From positions 19,756-83,755 of the forward strand of contig JBAZNV010000001.1 of the NCBI GenBank assembly GCA_041649045.1: a stretch of 64,000 bases of DNA, given 5' to 3'. How positions within the stretch are numbered: position 1 is the stretch's first letter; the number at the start of each line of letters is the position of its first letter. Below the pieces are notes generated by a model. That model was not told the origin of the DNA and did not search any database. It saw nothing but the letters and a program-made list of their open reading frames with translations. This stretch comes from Candidatus Pacearchaeota archaeon. GTDB taxonomy: Archaea > Nanobdellota > Nanobdellia > Pacearchaeales > GW2011-AR1. Below, piece after piece: positions 1-10,965 of the stretch. The position numbers were made by a program, and so were the translations under genes.

Positions 1-795
1 CCAATTGTCGGCCTTAAGCCTAATTATAAAAGATTAAGGGAGCTTTCAAAAGAGGGGATTTTGGCCTTTGTTGTTGATTCGCTTTATTCCGGGTCAGAAA
101 GAAAAACTCCATCAGAAAAAATTGCGAGAGCACTTTTGCAGGAAGTTTTGCTTACAATTCAAAATAGAAATGCCGGGATGATTGTTACAACATTTTCGTC
201 ACATATTGCTCGCCTGAAAAGTATTGTGGAATTTGGAAAGCAGTTAGATAGAGAAGTGGTTTTTTTGGGGAGGAGTTTGGATAAATATTCTACTGCGGCA
301 AAAAATGCGAAGCTTGCTCCATTTTTATCCAATATCTGGATTTCTAAATATAGAAGACAAGTTGAAAAAACTTTAGATAAAGTTCAGAAAAAAAGAAAAG
401 ACTACCTTGTTGTTTGCACGGGTCATCAGGGAGAGCCGGGTTCAATTCTTGAAAGGCTTTCGAGAAATCAACTTCCGTTTAAGATAAGCAAAGACGACAA
501 TATAATATTTTCTTCGAGTGTTATTCCAACCGAAGTGAATAGGGAACAATTTGCGAAAATGGAATCAAGACTTAAAAAAAGCAAGCCAAGGATATTCCGA
601 GACGCGCATGTTTCGGGGCATGCCGGGAGAGAAGATTTAAGAGATATAATGCAAATACTTTCTCCAGAACATGTCATTCCGTCGCACGGCGGCTTGGACA
701 AGACGAGGCCAATGTCCAATTTAGTTAAAGATCTTGGGTATAAATTGGGGAAGAATTGTCATTTGATGCAAGATGGAGGAATTTTGAAATTATAA
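1..795 (+). CDS. beta-CASP metallo-beta-lactamase ribonuclease (RNase J / aCPSF-like), C-terminal part; frame is open to window start, so the 5' end lies outside the window
   Basis: beta-CASP motif C HVSGHAGRED and terminal HVIPSHGG motif; frame open from nt 1 with no stop. Confidence 0.7.
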   Translation, partial: PIVGLKPNYKRLRELSKEGILAFVVDSLYSGSERKTPSEKIARALLQEVLLTIQNRNAGMIVTTFSSHIARLKSIVEFGKQLDREVVFLGRSLDKYSTAAKNAKLAPFLSNIWISKYRRQVEKTLDKVQKKRKDYLVVCTGHQGEPGSILERLSRNQLPFKISKDDNIIFSSSVIPTEVNREQFAKMESRLKKSKPRIFRDAHVSGHAGREDLRDIMQILSPEHVIPSHGGLDKTRPMSNLVKDLGYKLGKNCHLMQDGGILKL

Positions 796-1118
796 TGGAA
801 AATTTTGAAGAGGATTTGACTGGTGCAATAAGAAATGGGATAGAAAGAGGTCAGACGTTGGAATCCGTGAAAGCGTCTTTGGTTAATGCAGGGTATAATC
901 TTAAAAAAATCGAAGAAGCAGTGCAGAAAGATCCAGAATTAGCGGTCAAAATTCAAGTCAACACACCTCAAAATTTTGTAGAAGAAGTTAGCAGACCTTT
1001 TATTCCAATAAAACCAAAAAGAATATCAAAGATGATGATAATATATATTTTAATTTTTATTTCGATTTTAGCGATCGGAGGGGTTTTGTTTTTAATATTC
1101 AAAGATTCCTTATTTTAA
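795..1118 (+). CDS. hypothetical protein with C-terminal transmembrane anchor
   Basis: ATG at 795 overlaps upstream stop (TAATG); hydrophobic C-terminus MMIIYILIFISILAIGGVLFLIF. Confidence 0.45.
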   Translation: MENFEEDLTGAIRNGIERGQTLESVKASLVNAGYNLKKIEEAVQKDPELAVKIQVNTPQNFVEEVSRPFIPIKPKRISKMMIIYILIFISILAIGGVLFLIFKDSLF

Positions 1119-1119
1119 A

Positions 1120-1644
1120 ATGAACGAAATTTATCAGCCTTCAGATGACTCCTATTTTTTTTCAAATTTTTTAGGAGATTATTTGAAAGATAAACCACAA
1201 ATTAAATATTTAGATATGGGAGCGGGCAGTGGAATACTTTCAGAGAAAGCGTCGGAGTTTATTGATAAAAAAAATATTTTGGCCGTAGACGTGAACCATG
1301 GGTCAGTTAAACTCTTGCGAGAAAAAGGATTTAATTCTATAAAATCCGATCTTTTTCAAAAGGTAAAAGGATGGTTTGATTTGATAACTTTCAATGCGCC
1401 GTATCTTCCGGAGGACGAAAGGGAGCCGAAAGATTCTGTTGTCGCAACAACTGGGGGGAAGCGTGGGGATGAAATTTCAGTGAAATTTTTGAGACAAGCA
1501 AAAAAACATTTAAATAAAGAGGGCAGAATTTTTTTGTTAATTTCTTCTTTTACTCCGCTTGAGAAAATAAAAAAATTCAATCCGAAAATCGTTGCGCGAA
1601 AAAAAATATTTTTTGAAGAGTTAATGATTTTAGAGATTATGTAG
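1120..1644 (+). CDS. class I SAM-dependent methyltransferase, Mtq2/HemK-like (release-factor glutamine N5-methyltransferase family)
   Basis: SAM motif I DMGAGSG and NPPY-type motif FNAPY; size 174 aa typical of archaeal Mtq2. Confidence 0.65.
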   Translation: MNEIYQPSDDSYFFSNFLGDYLKDKPQIKYLDMGAGSGILSEKASEFIDKKNILAVDVNHGSVKLLREKGFNSIKSDLFQKVKGWFDLITFNAPYLPEDEREPKDSVVATTGGKRGDEISVKFLRQAKKHLNKEGRIFLLISSFTPLEKIKKFNPKIVARKKIFFEELMILEIM

Positions 1645-1759
1645 CTATTTTTAAAGTACAACGGACGAAAAGTTTTAAATTAATAAAAGGTTGTCTCAAG
1701 GCAATAATTAGATCCTCATCACAATCATATTTATATAATATCATATAGATATTTGGGGA

Positions 1760-2956
1760 ATGGTAAAATTTGCACATCTTGCAGACTGCCATCTCGGGGG
1801 GTGGAGACAGGAGGAGCTTCAGAGTTTAAATTTCAAATCTTTTCAAAAGGTTGTGGAAATTTGTATATTAGAAAAGGTAGATTTTGTATTAATTTCAGGG
1901 GATCTTTTCGATTCAGCATATCCTCCCATAGAGGTTTTGAAAGAAACGTTTGCAGAATTTAAAAAATTTAAAGACGCCAATATTCCCATTTATCTTATTG
2001 CGGGGAGCCATGACTTTTCAGCCTCAGGAAAAACGTTTTTAGATGTTTTAGAAAAAGCAGGATTTTGCAAAAATGTTGGAAATTTTGAAATTCAGGAAGA
2101 TGGAAAAATAAAAATTTATCCATCTTTTTTTGGAGATATTGCAATTTTTGGATATCCAGGGAAGAAATCCGGGATGGAAGTCGAAGATTTAAAAAAAATT
2201 TTTTTTAGCTCCCTGCATCCATTTACGATTTTCATGTTTCACAGTACTGTCAAAGAGGTGGTAGGTAATCTTCCTGTGGATTTTATCGAAAAACAAAAAT
2301 TACCTCTTGCGAATTATTACGCGATGGGGCACATACATCAGGTTTTTGAAAAAAATGAAAGTGGTGTTTTTTATGTTTATCCAGGTCCATCTTTTCCAAA
2401 TAATTTTCAGGAGTTAGTTGATTTGAAGTGCGGAAGTTTTCAATTAGTAGAAGAATCATGCGGAAAAATAAAAACTAAAAATATAAAGATTCCTTTAAAA
2501 GAAGTTGTGTTTTTAGAGATAGAACTCAAAGAGAGTTTGACAGCGACGCAAAAAATAATTTCAGAAATAGATAAAATAAATTTGAATGATAAAATTTTTC
2601 TTTTAAAGCTCAAGGGGGTTTTGATGCAAGGCAAAACAGGCGATATCCATTTTAATGAAATTGAAGAATTTATTGCGAAAAAAGGCACTTTTTCTTTTTT
2701 AAGGAATATATCTTCGATAAAAATTCAGGAAACCGAATTGGATATATCTTCGTCTTCGGAAAACGTTGAAAATATGGAGAGGAAAATTATTGGCGAATAC
2801 TCTTCTAAAAATCCCGCTGATTTCAATAAATTTCTTCCTCAATTAATGGATGTGCTTTCCATGGAAAAAAACGAAGAGGAAAAGTCAATGATTTTCGAAG
2901 AAAGATTGGTGTCGGAATTAAAAAATATTTTAGAAATTAATAGTGTTTTGACATGA
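1760..2956 (+). CDS. mre11: DNA double-strand break repair nuclease Mre11
   Basis: Calcineurin-like phosphoesterase motifs (HLADCHLG, GDLFD, GSHD, GHIH); immediately upstream of rad50 with a 4-nt overlap. Confidence 0.85.
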   Translation: MVKFAHLADCHLGGWRQEELQSLNFKSFQKVVEICILEKVDFVLISGDLFDSAYPPIEVLKETFAEFKKFKDANIPIYLIAGSHDFSASGKTFLDVLEKAGFCKNVGNFEIQEDGKIKIYPSFFGDIAIFGYPGKKSGMEVEDLKKIFFSSLHPFTIFMFHSTVKEVVGNLPVDFIEKQKLPLANYYAMGHIHQVFEKNESGVFYVYPGPSFPNNFQELVDLKCGSFQLVEESCGKIKTKNIKIPLKEVVFLEIELKESLTATQKIISEIDKINLNDKIFLLKLKGVLMQGKTGDIHFNEIEEFIAKKGTFSFLRNISSIKIQETELDISSSSENVENMERKIIGEYSSKNPADFNKFLPQLMDVLSMEKNEEEKSMIFEERLVSELKNILEINSVLT

Positions 2957-4998
2957 TTATAAAAAAATTAATTATACAAAATATAAGAAGTTACGAGAAC
3001 CTCGAGATAGAATTTTCAAATGGAGCGACTCTTTTATCGGGAGATATAGGCTGCGGGAAAACATCGATCCTTTTGGGTTTGCAATTTGCTCTTTTCGGTC
3101 TTCAGCCGGGGCAGCGTGGGAGTTCTATTCTTAGACAGGGTACCGATTCGGCCTTTGTATCTTTGGAAATTGACATAGATGGGACAGTAATCAAACTTGA
3201 CAGAACACTGAAGAAATCAAAAAATGGCAGCATAACACAAGATTCTAATATTATTTATCTTGGAGATTCCAAAGAAGAACTTTCGACATCAGAAATGAAG
3301 GATAGAATAATAAAAATTTTAAACTATCCGAAAGAGTTTGCCAAAAAATCAAATTTACTTTACAAATATACGGTTTATACTCCACAGGAAGAAATGAAAT
3401 CGATAATACAAGAAAAGGCCGATGTCAGGCTTGATACCTTAAGGCACATTTTTGGAATTGACAGGTATAAAAGAATAAAGGAAAATTCACAAATATTTTT
3501 GCAAAAAATCAAAGATTCGATAAAGATTAAAGAAATTCTTTTTGCAGAATTAAATTTATTGAAAGAGAAAATGAACATGGAAAACGAAAAAAGAATATCG
3601 ATAGTACGGGAAGTAAATAACTTGAATTTTGAATATCAAAAATTATTGGACCAAAAAAATATGCTTGATGAAAAATCAAAACTTTATCAAAAAAAACTTG
3701 ATGAAAAAAAAGAGCTTGATTCGAAAATCTCGAACATGGAAGTTTTGATTCAGGGGAAAAAAGATTTTGAATCGAGAATGAAAAAAGAAATAACCTTGAT
3801 GCAAAAACAAATCAATGAAGAAATAGATTTTTCAGAAGATAAACTTCGAAACACGATAGAACTTTTGGATAAGCATAAAGTTCTTTTTGATGAAATTAAT
3901 TCAAATTTCTTGAAAATTAATTCACAAATTTCCGTCCTTAAATCCAAAAAAGAAGAACCTGTCCGACTTGGCGAAAGAATATCCTCGCTTGAAAATTGTC
4001 CCACATGTTTTCAGGTTGTAGGATATGAGCATAAGGAAAAAATTTCAAAAAGAATTCGTTTCGACATAGAAGATATTAATAGAGAACTTGAACAAAAAAT
4101 AATTGAAAGAGAAAATCTGAACAAAGAAATTGAAAGAGAGAAAGAAGTAATTCTTGGTTATGAAAAAGACAAGAGTGTTTTTCAACAGAATAAAATTAAG
4201 TTTGAGCATCAGCAGATGATTAAAACAAAAATCAAAAGCGATTCCTTTGTTTTAGACAGGACTTGCAACGAAATTTTTTCATTGACGCAGCAAATTAACG
4301 AAGAAAAAAATAGGCTTGAAATTTTTTCCAGAGAAATTGATCTTTTTGCCGGAATAATGGAGGAATTTCAGCAGATAAACGATCTTGTGAGAAAAAAAGA
4401 AATTTTGATTGCTACAAAAAAGAAGGAACTTGATTTGCTTGTAATAAAACTTGAAGAAATTCAATCTGAAATAAGTTCGAAAGAAAAAATAAGAGAGCAG
4501 GTGACTTATCTAATGGGGCTTGCCGATTGGATAGGAGACAAGTTTTTGAACATGATATTACTCACGGAAAAAAATGTTATGGCGAAGCTGAGGTCGGAGT
4601 TCTCGTCTATTTTTAGCGAATGGTTTTCTATGTTGGCTCCGGTTTCGTTATCGGTCAGGCTTGACGAGGAATTTACGCCGATAATTACAAATCAGGATTA
4701 TGAGATAGATTATGAATTTCTTTCCGGTGGCGAAAGAACAGCTGTAGCACTCGCGTACAGACTTGCCTTAAATCAGGTACTCAATTCTCTTTTGTCGAAA
4801 ATCAAGACAAAGGATTTGGTAATTCTCGATGAGCCAACGGATGGTTTTGCGTCAGAACAATTAGATAAAATGAGAGATATTTTTCAACAGCTGAATATGA
4901 AACAAATAATACTTGTGAGCCATGAGCAGAAAATCGAGGGGTTTGTTGATCATGTGATTCGCATAAAGAAAGATCATGTGAGTAAAATAGAAAAATAA
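2953..4998 (+). CDS. rad50: DNA double-strand break repair ATPase Rad50 (short form, 681 aa)
   Basis: Walker A GDIGCGKTS, central zinc hook CPTC within coiled coil, signature LSGGERTAVALAYRLAL, Walker B LVILDEPTDG. Confidence 0.85.
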   Translation: MIIKKLIIQNIRSYENLEIEFSNGATLLSGDIGCGKTSILLGLQFALFGLQPGQRGSSILRQGTDSAFVSLEIDIDGTVIKLDRTLKKSKNGSITQDSNIIYLGDSKEELSTSEMKDRIIKILNYPKEFAKKSNLLYKYTVYTPQEEMKSIIQEKADVRLDTLRHIFGIDRYKRIKENSQIFLQKIKDSIKIKEILFAELNLLKEKMNMENEKRISIVREVNNLNFEYQKLLDQKNMLDEKSKLYQKKLDEKKELDSKISNMEVLIQGKKDFESRMKKEITLMQKQINEEIDFSEDKLRNTIELLDKHKVLFDEINSNFLKINSQISVLKSKKEEPVRLGERISSLENCPTCFQVVGYEHKEKISKRIRFDIEDINRELEQKIIERENLNKEIEREKEVILGYEKDKSVFQQNKIKFEHQQMIKTKIKSDSFVLDRTCNEIFSLTQQINEEKNRLEIFSREIDLFAGIMEEFQQINDLVRKKEILIATKKKELDLLVIKLEEIQSEISSKEKIREQVTYLMGLADWIGDKFLNMILLTEKNVMAKLRSEFSSIFSEWFSMLAPVSLSVRLDEEFTPIITNQDYEIDYEFLSGGERTAVALAYRLALNQVLNSLLSKIKTKDLVILDEPTDGFASEQLDKMRDIFQQLNMKQIILVSHEQKIEGFVDHVIRIKKDHVSKIEK

Positions 4999-5033
4999 TT
5001 GATTTTCTCAGGCTTTGACGAAATTGTTTTCCT

Positions 5034-5555
5034 TTGACCATGATGATTCACAAGGTTTATAAATTTTGGTTATTATTAGTTTTCATGAAAAAGTGCTTGA
5101 TAGTTATTTTTTTAATTTTTTTAATTTTTGGTTGTTTTTTTGTATCTGCTGACGAAATAATGACTGTTGAGGCTAATATATTCAAGTCGGTATTTGAACC
5201 GGAAATTTCAATTCAAGTTCCAGATTATTTATTTTTTGGGAATTTAACAAGAGGCGAAAAATCTGAAGAATTAAAAGTTATTGTTAATAATACCGGGAAT
5301 GTCGATGTTATCATAACTCCTACTCTTGCGGATTTTGATGAAGAATTTTTTAATTATTCTTATTTTAGATTGAGAAAGACCAGCGGCAACGCCACAGTGC
5401 CATTTGAAAAAATCGGAGATTTTAGTTTTTCTGTTGACGAATCGGATAATGAGTATTGTTATATGACTTTGGACCTAACGGATTATCAAAAAGAAATTGA
5501 GAGTGATTTAATTGGTTATCGCGCTGATATTAAGTTCATAGCAATGGCAAAATAA
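5034..5555 (+). CDS. hypothetical secreted protein (signal peptide)
   Basis: N-terminal hydrophobic signal; no recognisable domain. Confidence 0.4.
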   Translation: MTMMIHKVYKFWLLLVFMKKCLIVIFLIFLIFGCFFVSADEIMTVEANIFKSVFEPEISIQVPDYLFFGNLTRGEKSEELKVIVNNTGNVDVIITPTLADFDEEFFNYSYFRLRKTSGNATVPFEKIGDFSFSVDESDNEYCYMTLDLTDYQKEIESDLIGYRADIKFIAMAK

Positions 5556-6070
5556 TGAAGATTTTAATTTTAATTTTAATTTTAAGTTCATCTGTTTTTG
5601 CGAATAGCATCGGGATTAGTCCATCTCAAATCAATTTTTCGGGGAATGCCAATGAAAAAATTTGCAATAATATAACAATATTTGGCGATGGTTCTTTTTT
5701 AGGAGAAGATAAGTGGAGTATTATTAAAACGAGGAATATGGGGAATTACGTTTTAGACGCAGAATATTTTGGGATAAAAATGTATTATCTTAAAGATTTA
5801 AATTTGACCGAGAAAGAGAATGTAGAAATTTGTGTTGTTTCAAAGAATGAAGGTGTTTTTTATGGTTCAATTTTTTATGGTCAAAATTATGCCGCTGTGG
5901 GCTCTTGGATTGTAGTGCAAATCGAGAGTTATGATAATTTTCTTACGGGTTCAGTTGTAAATTCTTCTTTGGAGGATACAAATCTATCATTAAAGATAAT
6001 TGGGATTTTTGTTTTGGCAACGATATTATTCTTTTTGGTTATAGATAATTATTTAAAAAAGCGTTCATAA
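5555..6070 (+). CDS. hypothetical cell-surface protein (signal peptide, C-terminal TM anchor); N-terminal SIGISP motif shared with 60384..61523
   Basis: Signal peptide then NSIGISPSQINF; C-terminal TM plus basic tail. Confidence 0.45.
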   Translation: MKILILILILSSSVFANSIGISPSQINFSGNANEKICNNITIFGDGSFLGEDKWSIIKTRNMGNYVLDAEYFGIKMYYLKDLNLTEKENVEICVVSKNEGVFYGSIFYGQNYAAVGSWIVVQIESYDNFLTGSVVNSSLEDTNLSLKIIGIFVLATILFFLVIDNYLKKRS

Positions 6071-6078
6071 TTTTATTT

Positions 6079-6672
6079 ATGGCAAAAAAGTTTAGGATAC
6101 TTGCTGCGGCGGACTTGCATGGCAGCGTTGATATCGCAAAAAAATTATCCGAGAAGGCGAAGAAAGGGAAGGTGGATTTGGTTATTCTTGCAGGAGACAT
6201 AAATGGAGCGACAGAAGGTGACGAGAGAATTCTTTTGCCCTTCATGAAAGCAAATCAAAAGGTTGCATTCATTCCCGGGAATTGGGATTTTGACAAAGAG
6301 AGTTTAGCATTAAAAGCTCATGGGAAAAATATCGATAATTATTATATCTCTTATGGGGACATTGGAATTGCTGGCATTGGAAACGCAAATTGGAAAACGA
6401 ATTTGAAATATGAAGATTTTGAATTATTAAGAGCAAATTTCAAGAGGATGAAGCCAAAGAAAAGGATTCTTGTTTCGCACGTACATGCAAAAGGGACGAT
6501 GGCCGAATTTTCAGGGTTCCCCGGGGATAAAATTTTAAGGAAAGCGGTAGAAGAATTTAAACCCGATTTGTTAATTTCTGCTCATATCCATGAAGCTGAA
6601 GGGATTGAGGATAAAATAGGAAACACGAGAATTATTCAAGTCGGAAGAAATGGGACAATTATTGAAGTTTAA
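6079..6672 (+). CDS. metallophosphoesterase (calcineurin-like)
   Basis: AADLHGS, LAGDING, PGNWDF, VSHVHAKG motifs. Confidence 0.7.
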   Translation: MAKKFRILAAADLHGSVDIAKKLSEKAKKGKVDLVILAGDINGATEGDERILLPFMKANQKVAFIPGNWDFDKESLALKAHGKNIDNYYISYGDIGIAGIGNANWKTNLKYEDFELLRANFKRMKPKKRILVSHVHAKGTMAEFSGFPGDKILRKAVEEFKPDLLISAHIHEAEGIEDKIGNTRIIQVGRNGTIIEV

Positions 6673-7139
6673 ATTTTTTCAATCAAGCTTCCAACCAAGT
6701 GTGTAATAAAGATTACCAAAATTGCAAGAGTCAAATGTTCCAAAATTGTTTTGTAAGCTTTGAGGTTTTGATGTTTTGCAATATAAAAACTAAATAAGGA
6801 TATCAAAAATAATCCCCATGCAATACTAATTAGTATTGCAAAATTCAAATCAAAAAGTAGAATCGGGACAATAAAAGTGATGGCGATTATGAATTTCGCA
6901 AAAAAAGTAGCAAAGGTAGATTCCCAAATTTTTTTGGCACTGTTTTTCCTTTCGGATTCTTCCGAGACGTGAATGCCCAATGCATCAGAAAGTGCGTCGG
7001 CAATCCCAATGATAAAGATTCCTCCAATAATTATCTTGAATGAGTGCGTGCTTGAATTTAAGCCTATAATTAAACCAAGAGTTGTTATTACGCCAGAAGT
7101 TATTCCAAAACCAAATCCTTTTTTTATTGATGCTCTCAT
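6669..7139 (-). CDS. VIT1/CCC1-family-like membrane protein (short form)
   Basis: Multi-TM; GIADALSDALGIHVSEES resembles VIT family signature. Confidence 0.45.
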   Translation of the reverse strand: MRASIKKGFGFGITSGVITTLGLIIGLNSSTHSFKIIIGGIFIIGIADALSDALGIHVSEESERKNSAKKIWESTFATFFAKFIIAITFIVPILLFDLNFAILISIAWGLFLISLFSFYIAKHQNLKAYKTILEHLTLAILVIFITHLVGSLIEKI

Positions 7140-7184
7140 TTTACAAGTAAAAAATTATCATTTAAGTATATTTAGTTTATTGGG

Positions 7185-7643
7185 TCATATAATTCTTTTG
7201 GAAATTTTTCCAGTTGAGATTAGATTAATTCCAATTTCTTCCTTTTGATATGTTATGGAAATATCTCCCTTAATGCTTTCTCCTTCCAGCAGGGGATGTT
7301 CGTTGTCGCATTCTATTATAATTTCCATTGTATCATCCAGTCCGATTTGATGTTGCAAGTTTTTTTGTATTCCACAGTTAGAAATAGTAACACTTTGAAT
7401 GTTATAATTTTCTTCGCCGTTGTTTTTAATTAATAATTGAACACCTCCATTTAATCCATAACTTTCTTTGGCATTTGCTTCTTCGATGTAAAAAGGTGAA
7501 TCAATAATAGCGTTACCTGTCATGTTTTTACCTGGGCTGAAAACGCCAAAATATGCAAGAACGCCGATTGTAACTATCGCAGCGAGAATAACCCAACCGT
7601 ATGCCAACAAAAATTCTGCGGTTACTTGTACTTTTCTCCCCAT
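7185..7643 (-). CDS. archaeal type IV pilin-like protein (class III signal peptide)
   Basis: N-terminus MGRKVQ/VTAEFLLAYGWVILAAIV: short basic leader followed by hydrophobic helix. Confidence 0.45.
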   Translation of the reverse strand: MGRKVQVTAEFLLAYGWVILAAIVTIGVLAYFGVFSPGKNMTGNAIIDSPFYIEEANAKESYGLNGGVQLLIKNNGEENYNIQSVTISNCGIQKNLQHQIGLDDTMEIIIECDNEHPLLEGESIKGDISITYQKEEIGINLISTGKISKRII

Positions 7644-7749
7644 CTTGTTTTTTCAAATTTATAATTATTAATTTATTAACAAGTTTATAAATATTATGCA
7701 AAAATATCAAATAGAAAAAATATAAAAGACTAATTAATTTTTATAATTT

Positions 7750-9978
7750 ATGCCTAAAGAAAAGACGACGCTTATTATTACCGAAAAACCGCAGGCGGCC
7801 GAAAAAATCGCGTCTGCGCTTAGCAATGCCAGTGATGAAAAAATAAACACAAAGGACAGGATTTCGTATTATGAGTTTTATAAAAACGACAGGCATTACA
7901 TTGTCGGCTGTGCTGTTGGTCATCTTTTTGGGATTGGGCAGATTGCCCAGAGGGGGCCTTTCCCTAATTTTGAAGTTGAATGGCAGCCATCTTATAAAAA
8001 GAAATCAAGTGCATTTACAAAAAAATATTTAGAATTGCTAAAAAAATTAGCGAAAGATGCAGATGAATATATAGTCGCAACAGACTTTGATGTTGAAGGA
8101 GAAGTGATTGGGTGGAATGTTGTCAGATTTTTATGCAATCAAAAGGACGCAAAAAGAATGAAATTTTCTTCGTTAACAAAAGATTCTCTTCAGAATAGTT
8201 TTGAAAATTTAATGCCGCATTTAAATTGGGGGGCAGCCATTGCCGGTGAAACCAGACATTATGTTGATTGGTTTTATGGAATAAATTTATCGCGTGGGCT
8301 CATGAAAGCGCTATCGAAAACCGGGACTTTTAGAATTTTATCTATCGGGAGAGTGCAGGGTCCTGCTTTAAAAATTGTTTATGATAGAGAAAAGGAAATT
8401 AATGATTTTAGGGCAGAAAAATTTTGGCAGATTTTTTTGCAAATAAAGGATATTAAAAATCAGAAAATTGAGGTGAAATATCCAAAAGATATTTTTAATG
8501 AATCCGAGCTTTTGAAATTTAAGCATCTAAAGGGGAAGCAGGGGTTTGCTGAAACGACGATCAAAGAAGAAAAAATTTCTGCGCCCATTCCCTTTGATTT
8601 AACCACGTTGCAAACTGAGGCATACAGATACCATGGATTTACTCCGTCGCAGACTCTTAAAATTGCTCAATCGCTTTATCTTGAAGGAGTAATTTCGTAT
8701 CCAAGAACTTCCAGCCAAAAATATCCGCAAGGAATCGGTTATGACAATATTTTAAGAAATTTAAAGAAGTATACAACGCTTACAAAATATGTCACAAAAC
8801 AGAAACCTACAGAAGGCAAAAAAGACGATCCTGCTCATCCAGCAATTTATCCTACTGGCGAGATAAAAAAAATAAACGAATCTGATAAAAAAATTTATGA
8901 TTTAATTGTGAAAAGATTTATTTCTTGTTTTTGCGACGACGCAATCGTCGAAAATAAAAAAGTGCTTGTTGATGTTAATGGAATAAAGTTTTCAGCAAAA
9001 GGAGTGAAAATAAAAGACAGGGGCTGGATGAATGTTTATCCTTCTGCGTTGAAAGAAATTGATGTCCCCACGATTAACGGGAGTGTTGATGTTTTGGAAA
9101 TAAGAACGGAAGAAAAAATGACGCAGCCGCCTAAAAGATATTCGGCTGCTTCGCTTGTAAAAGAACTTGAAAAAAGAGGTCTTGGGACAAAGGCAACTCG
9201 TGCATCAATTGTTGAAACGCTTTATTCTCGCGGGTATGTCAAGGACAAAGCCATAATGGTTACTGAATTGGGAATGCGCATGGTTGACACTCTTGAAAAA
9301 TATTCTCCTATAATTTTGGAAGAAAAATTGACAAAGGAAATGAATGAAGAGCTTGAGGAAATTGAAACTTCCAAAAAAATTGATTTGCAGGGCGAAAAAG
9401 AAAAAATTCTCGACGAAGCTAAAAGTGAAATTGTTAAAATTGCAGAAGACATGAATAAAAACATGGATGCAATGGGGAAAAATCTTGCTGATGCCAATGC
9501 CATGGTTTGGAAAGAGGAGCGGGAATCAAATACGATGACTGAATGCCCCGTGTGCCATAAGGGGAAACTTAGAGTAATGTATGGGAAAAGATTTTCAAGG
9601 TATTTTGTTTCATGCGATGACTATCCGAAATGTAAGACGATATATTCTCTTCCGCCAAAAGGTTTAATGAAACCCTCAAGAGATAAATCTGGGAATCTTG
9701 AGATTTGTTCGGAGTGCGGCTTTCCTTTTGTTGTGTCTTTTCAAAAAGGCAGATCTCCATGGAAAATTTGTTTTAATCCCGAATGCCCTTCAAATTCAGA
9801 TTTACAAAAAAAGAAAGAGGAGTTTAAAGAAAAACTTGCGAAGGGAGAAATTGAAATTAACAGAGATGGCAAAATAATTGATCATACAAAAAAAGAGGAA
9901 GCAAAAGAAAATAAAGCCAAGGGGAAGAAAGTCATAAATAAAAGAAAGAGAACAACGAAGAAGGACGGTGGGATTTAA
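7750..9978 (+). CDS. topA: DNA topoisomerase IA with C-terminal zinc ribbons and lysine-rich tail
   Basis: TOPRIM LIITEKP and DxDxEGE (TDFDVEGE), Cys4 ribbons CPVCHKGKL...CDDYPKC and CSECGFPF...CFNPEC. Confidence 0.85.
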   Translation: MPKEKTTLIITEKPQAAEKIASALSNASDEKINTKDRISYYEFYKNDRHYIVGCAVGHLFGIGQIAQRGPFPNFEVEWQPSYKKKSSAFTKKYLELLKKLAKDADEYIVATDFDVEGEVIGWNVVRFLCNQKDAKRMKFSSLTKDSLQNSFENLMPHLNWGAAIAGETRHYVDWFYGINLSRGLMKALSKTGTFRILSIGRVQGPALKIVYDREKEINDFRAEKFWQIFLQIKDIKNQKIEVKYPKDIFNESELLKFKHLKGKQGFAETTIKEEKISAPIPFDLTTLQTEAYRYHGFTPSQTLKIAQSLYLEGVISYPRTSSQKYPQGIGYDNILRNLKKYTTLTKYVTKQKPTEGKKDDPAHPAIYPTGEIKKINESDKKIYDLIVKRFISCFCDDAIVENKKVLVDVNGIKFSAKGVKIKDRGWMNVYPSALKEIDVPTINGSVDVLEIRTEEKMTQPPKRYSAASLVKELEKRGLGTKATRASIVETLYSRGYVKDKAIMVTELGMRMVDTLEKYSPIILEEKLTKEMNEELEEIETSKKIDLQGEKEKILDEAKSEIVKIAEDMNKNMDAMGKNLADANAMVWKEERESNTMTECPVCHKGKLRVMYGKRFSRYFVSCDDYPKCKTIYSLPPKGLMKPSRDKSGNLEICSECGFPFVVSFQKGRSPWKICFNPECPSNSDLQKKKEEFKEKLAKGEIEINRDGKIIDHTKKEEAKENKAKGKKVINKRKRTTKKDGGI

Positions 9979-10174
9979 ACTGCGACTCCTACAGCTTCGG
10001 AAATATTTCTAAGTCTATCTTGTTCGAGTAATCTTACAAGTCCTTTATTAATTTCTCTGACTATTCCTGGGCCTCTGTAAATCATTCCTGTATAAATTTC
10101 TATCAACTTCGCTCCTGCTTTGATTTTTTCGTATGCATCTTCTGCTCTAAAAATTCCGCCGACGCCAATTATTG
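9975..10174 (-). pseudogene. pyrD: C-terminal remnant (about 66 aa) of dihydroorotate dehydrogenase-like FMN TIM-barrel protein
   Basis: Minus-strand translation [49 protein letters not shown] matches PyrD C-terminus; stop codon immediately upstream, no room for rest of gene. Confidence 0.55.
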
Positions 10175-10188
10175 GCTTTGAGTATATA

Positions 10189-10926
10189 TTAAAATAATCC
10201 TTTTCTTCTTATTCCATTATTCACAATTTCGAATGAAAATTCTTTTTCTGGAATTGACCGATGTTTTCGAAGAATAATTTTTCTTTTTCCATGGAAATTT
10301 TGAAGTTCAATCAAGCATTTGCTCCAGTATTTTAACAAGTCTCCTCCGACCATCGAAACTTGTTTTTCGAGATTTTTTTCTTCTTCGTTTTGAATGAATG
10401 ATGCATATACCTGGTTTGTGACTATTATTGGAATATTTTGTTTTCGAGCTATTTCGTTTAAAGTTCTGAGTTGATTCGCTAATTTTCGGTTTACTTCGGA
10501 AATTTTCTGTATTTCGCCGGAACTTATTGCGAATCCGAGCTCGAGACGATAAAGCATCGCAATACTATCGATTATAATGAGGGAAACGTCTCCTTTTTTT
10601 ACGTGAGAAAGCAGTATTCCGAAAGATTTTTCTTGTTCTTCAAATGAAGTGGGCTTAAGCAAAAGAATTTTTTCAAGTGATTTTTCAATTTCTTCTTTTG
10701 TTCCTTGATGAATTTGTTTGAATCTATCGGTTGAAAAACCTCCTTCGCTGTCAATAAAAATAACTTTATTTCCTTTTTTGGCCTGTGAAACGGCAGCTAT
10801 AGCACAAAAATTGGATTTTCCGGAACCGCCTGGGCCATAGAGCGTGGTAATTATGTCATTCTCGTAACCGCCTTCAAGAAATTTATTTAAATCGTAAGAT
10901 CCTGATGAAATTTTCAATTCTGTCAT
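10189..10926 (-). CDS. radB: DNA repair and recombination protein RadB (RecA-family)
   Basis: Walker [10 protein letters not shown], about 245 aa with no N-terminal HhH domain. Confidence 0.75.
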   Translation of the reverse strand: MTELKISSGSYDLNKFLEGGYENDIITTLYGPGGSGKSNFCAIAAVSQAKKGNKVIFIDSEGGFSTDRFKQIHQGTKEEIEKSLEKILLLKPTSFEEQEKSFGILLSHVKKGDVSLIIIDSIAMLYRLELGFAISSGEIQKISEVNRKLANQLRTLNEIARKQNIPIIVTNQVYASFIQNEEEKNLEKQVSMVGGDLLKYWSKCLIELQNFHGKRKIILRKHRSIPEKEFSFEIVNNGIRRKGLF

Positions 10927-10965
10927 AAAATTTTAAAATTAAGAAGTATTTAATAATTTAGATAA

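Noticed and set aside
468-719. Minus-strand 83-aa ORF inside the beta-CASP RNase gene
   Set aside because: Entirely antisense to a well-supported CDS with conserved motifs; no domain
1356-1661. Minus-strand ORF antisense to the Mtq2-like methyltransferase
   Set aside because: Overlaps a CDS with clear SAM-MTase motifs; low-complexity translation
3375-4464. Several short minus-strand ORFs within rad50
   Set aside because: Antisense to the Rad50 coiled-coil region; AT-rich frames generate spurious ORFs
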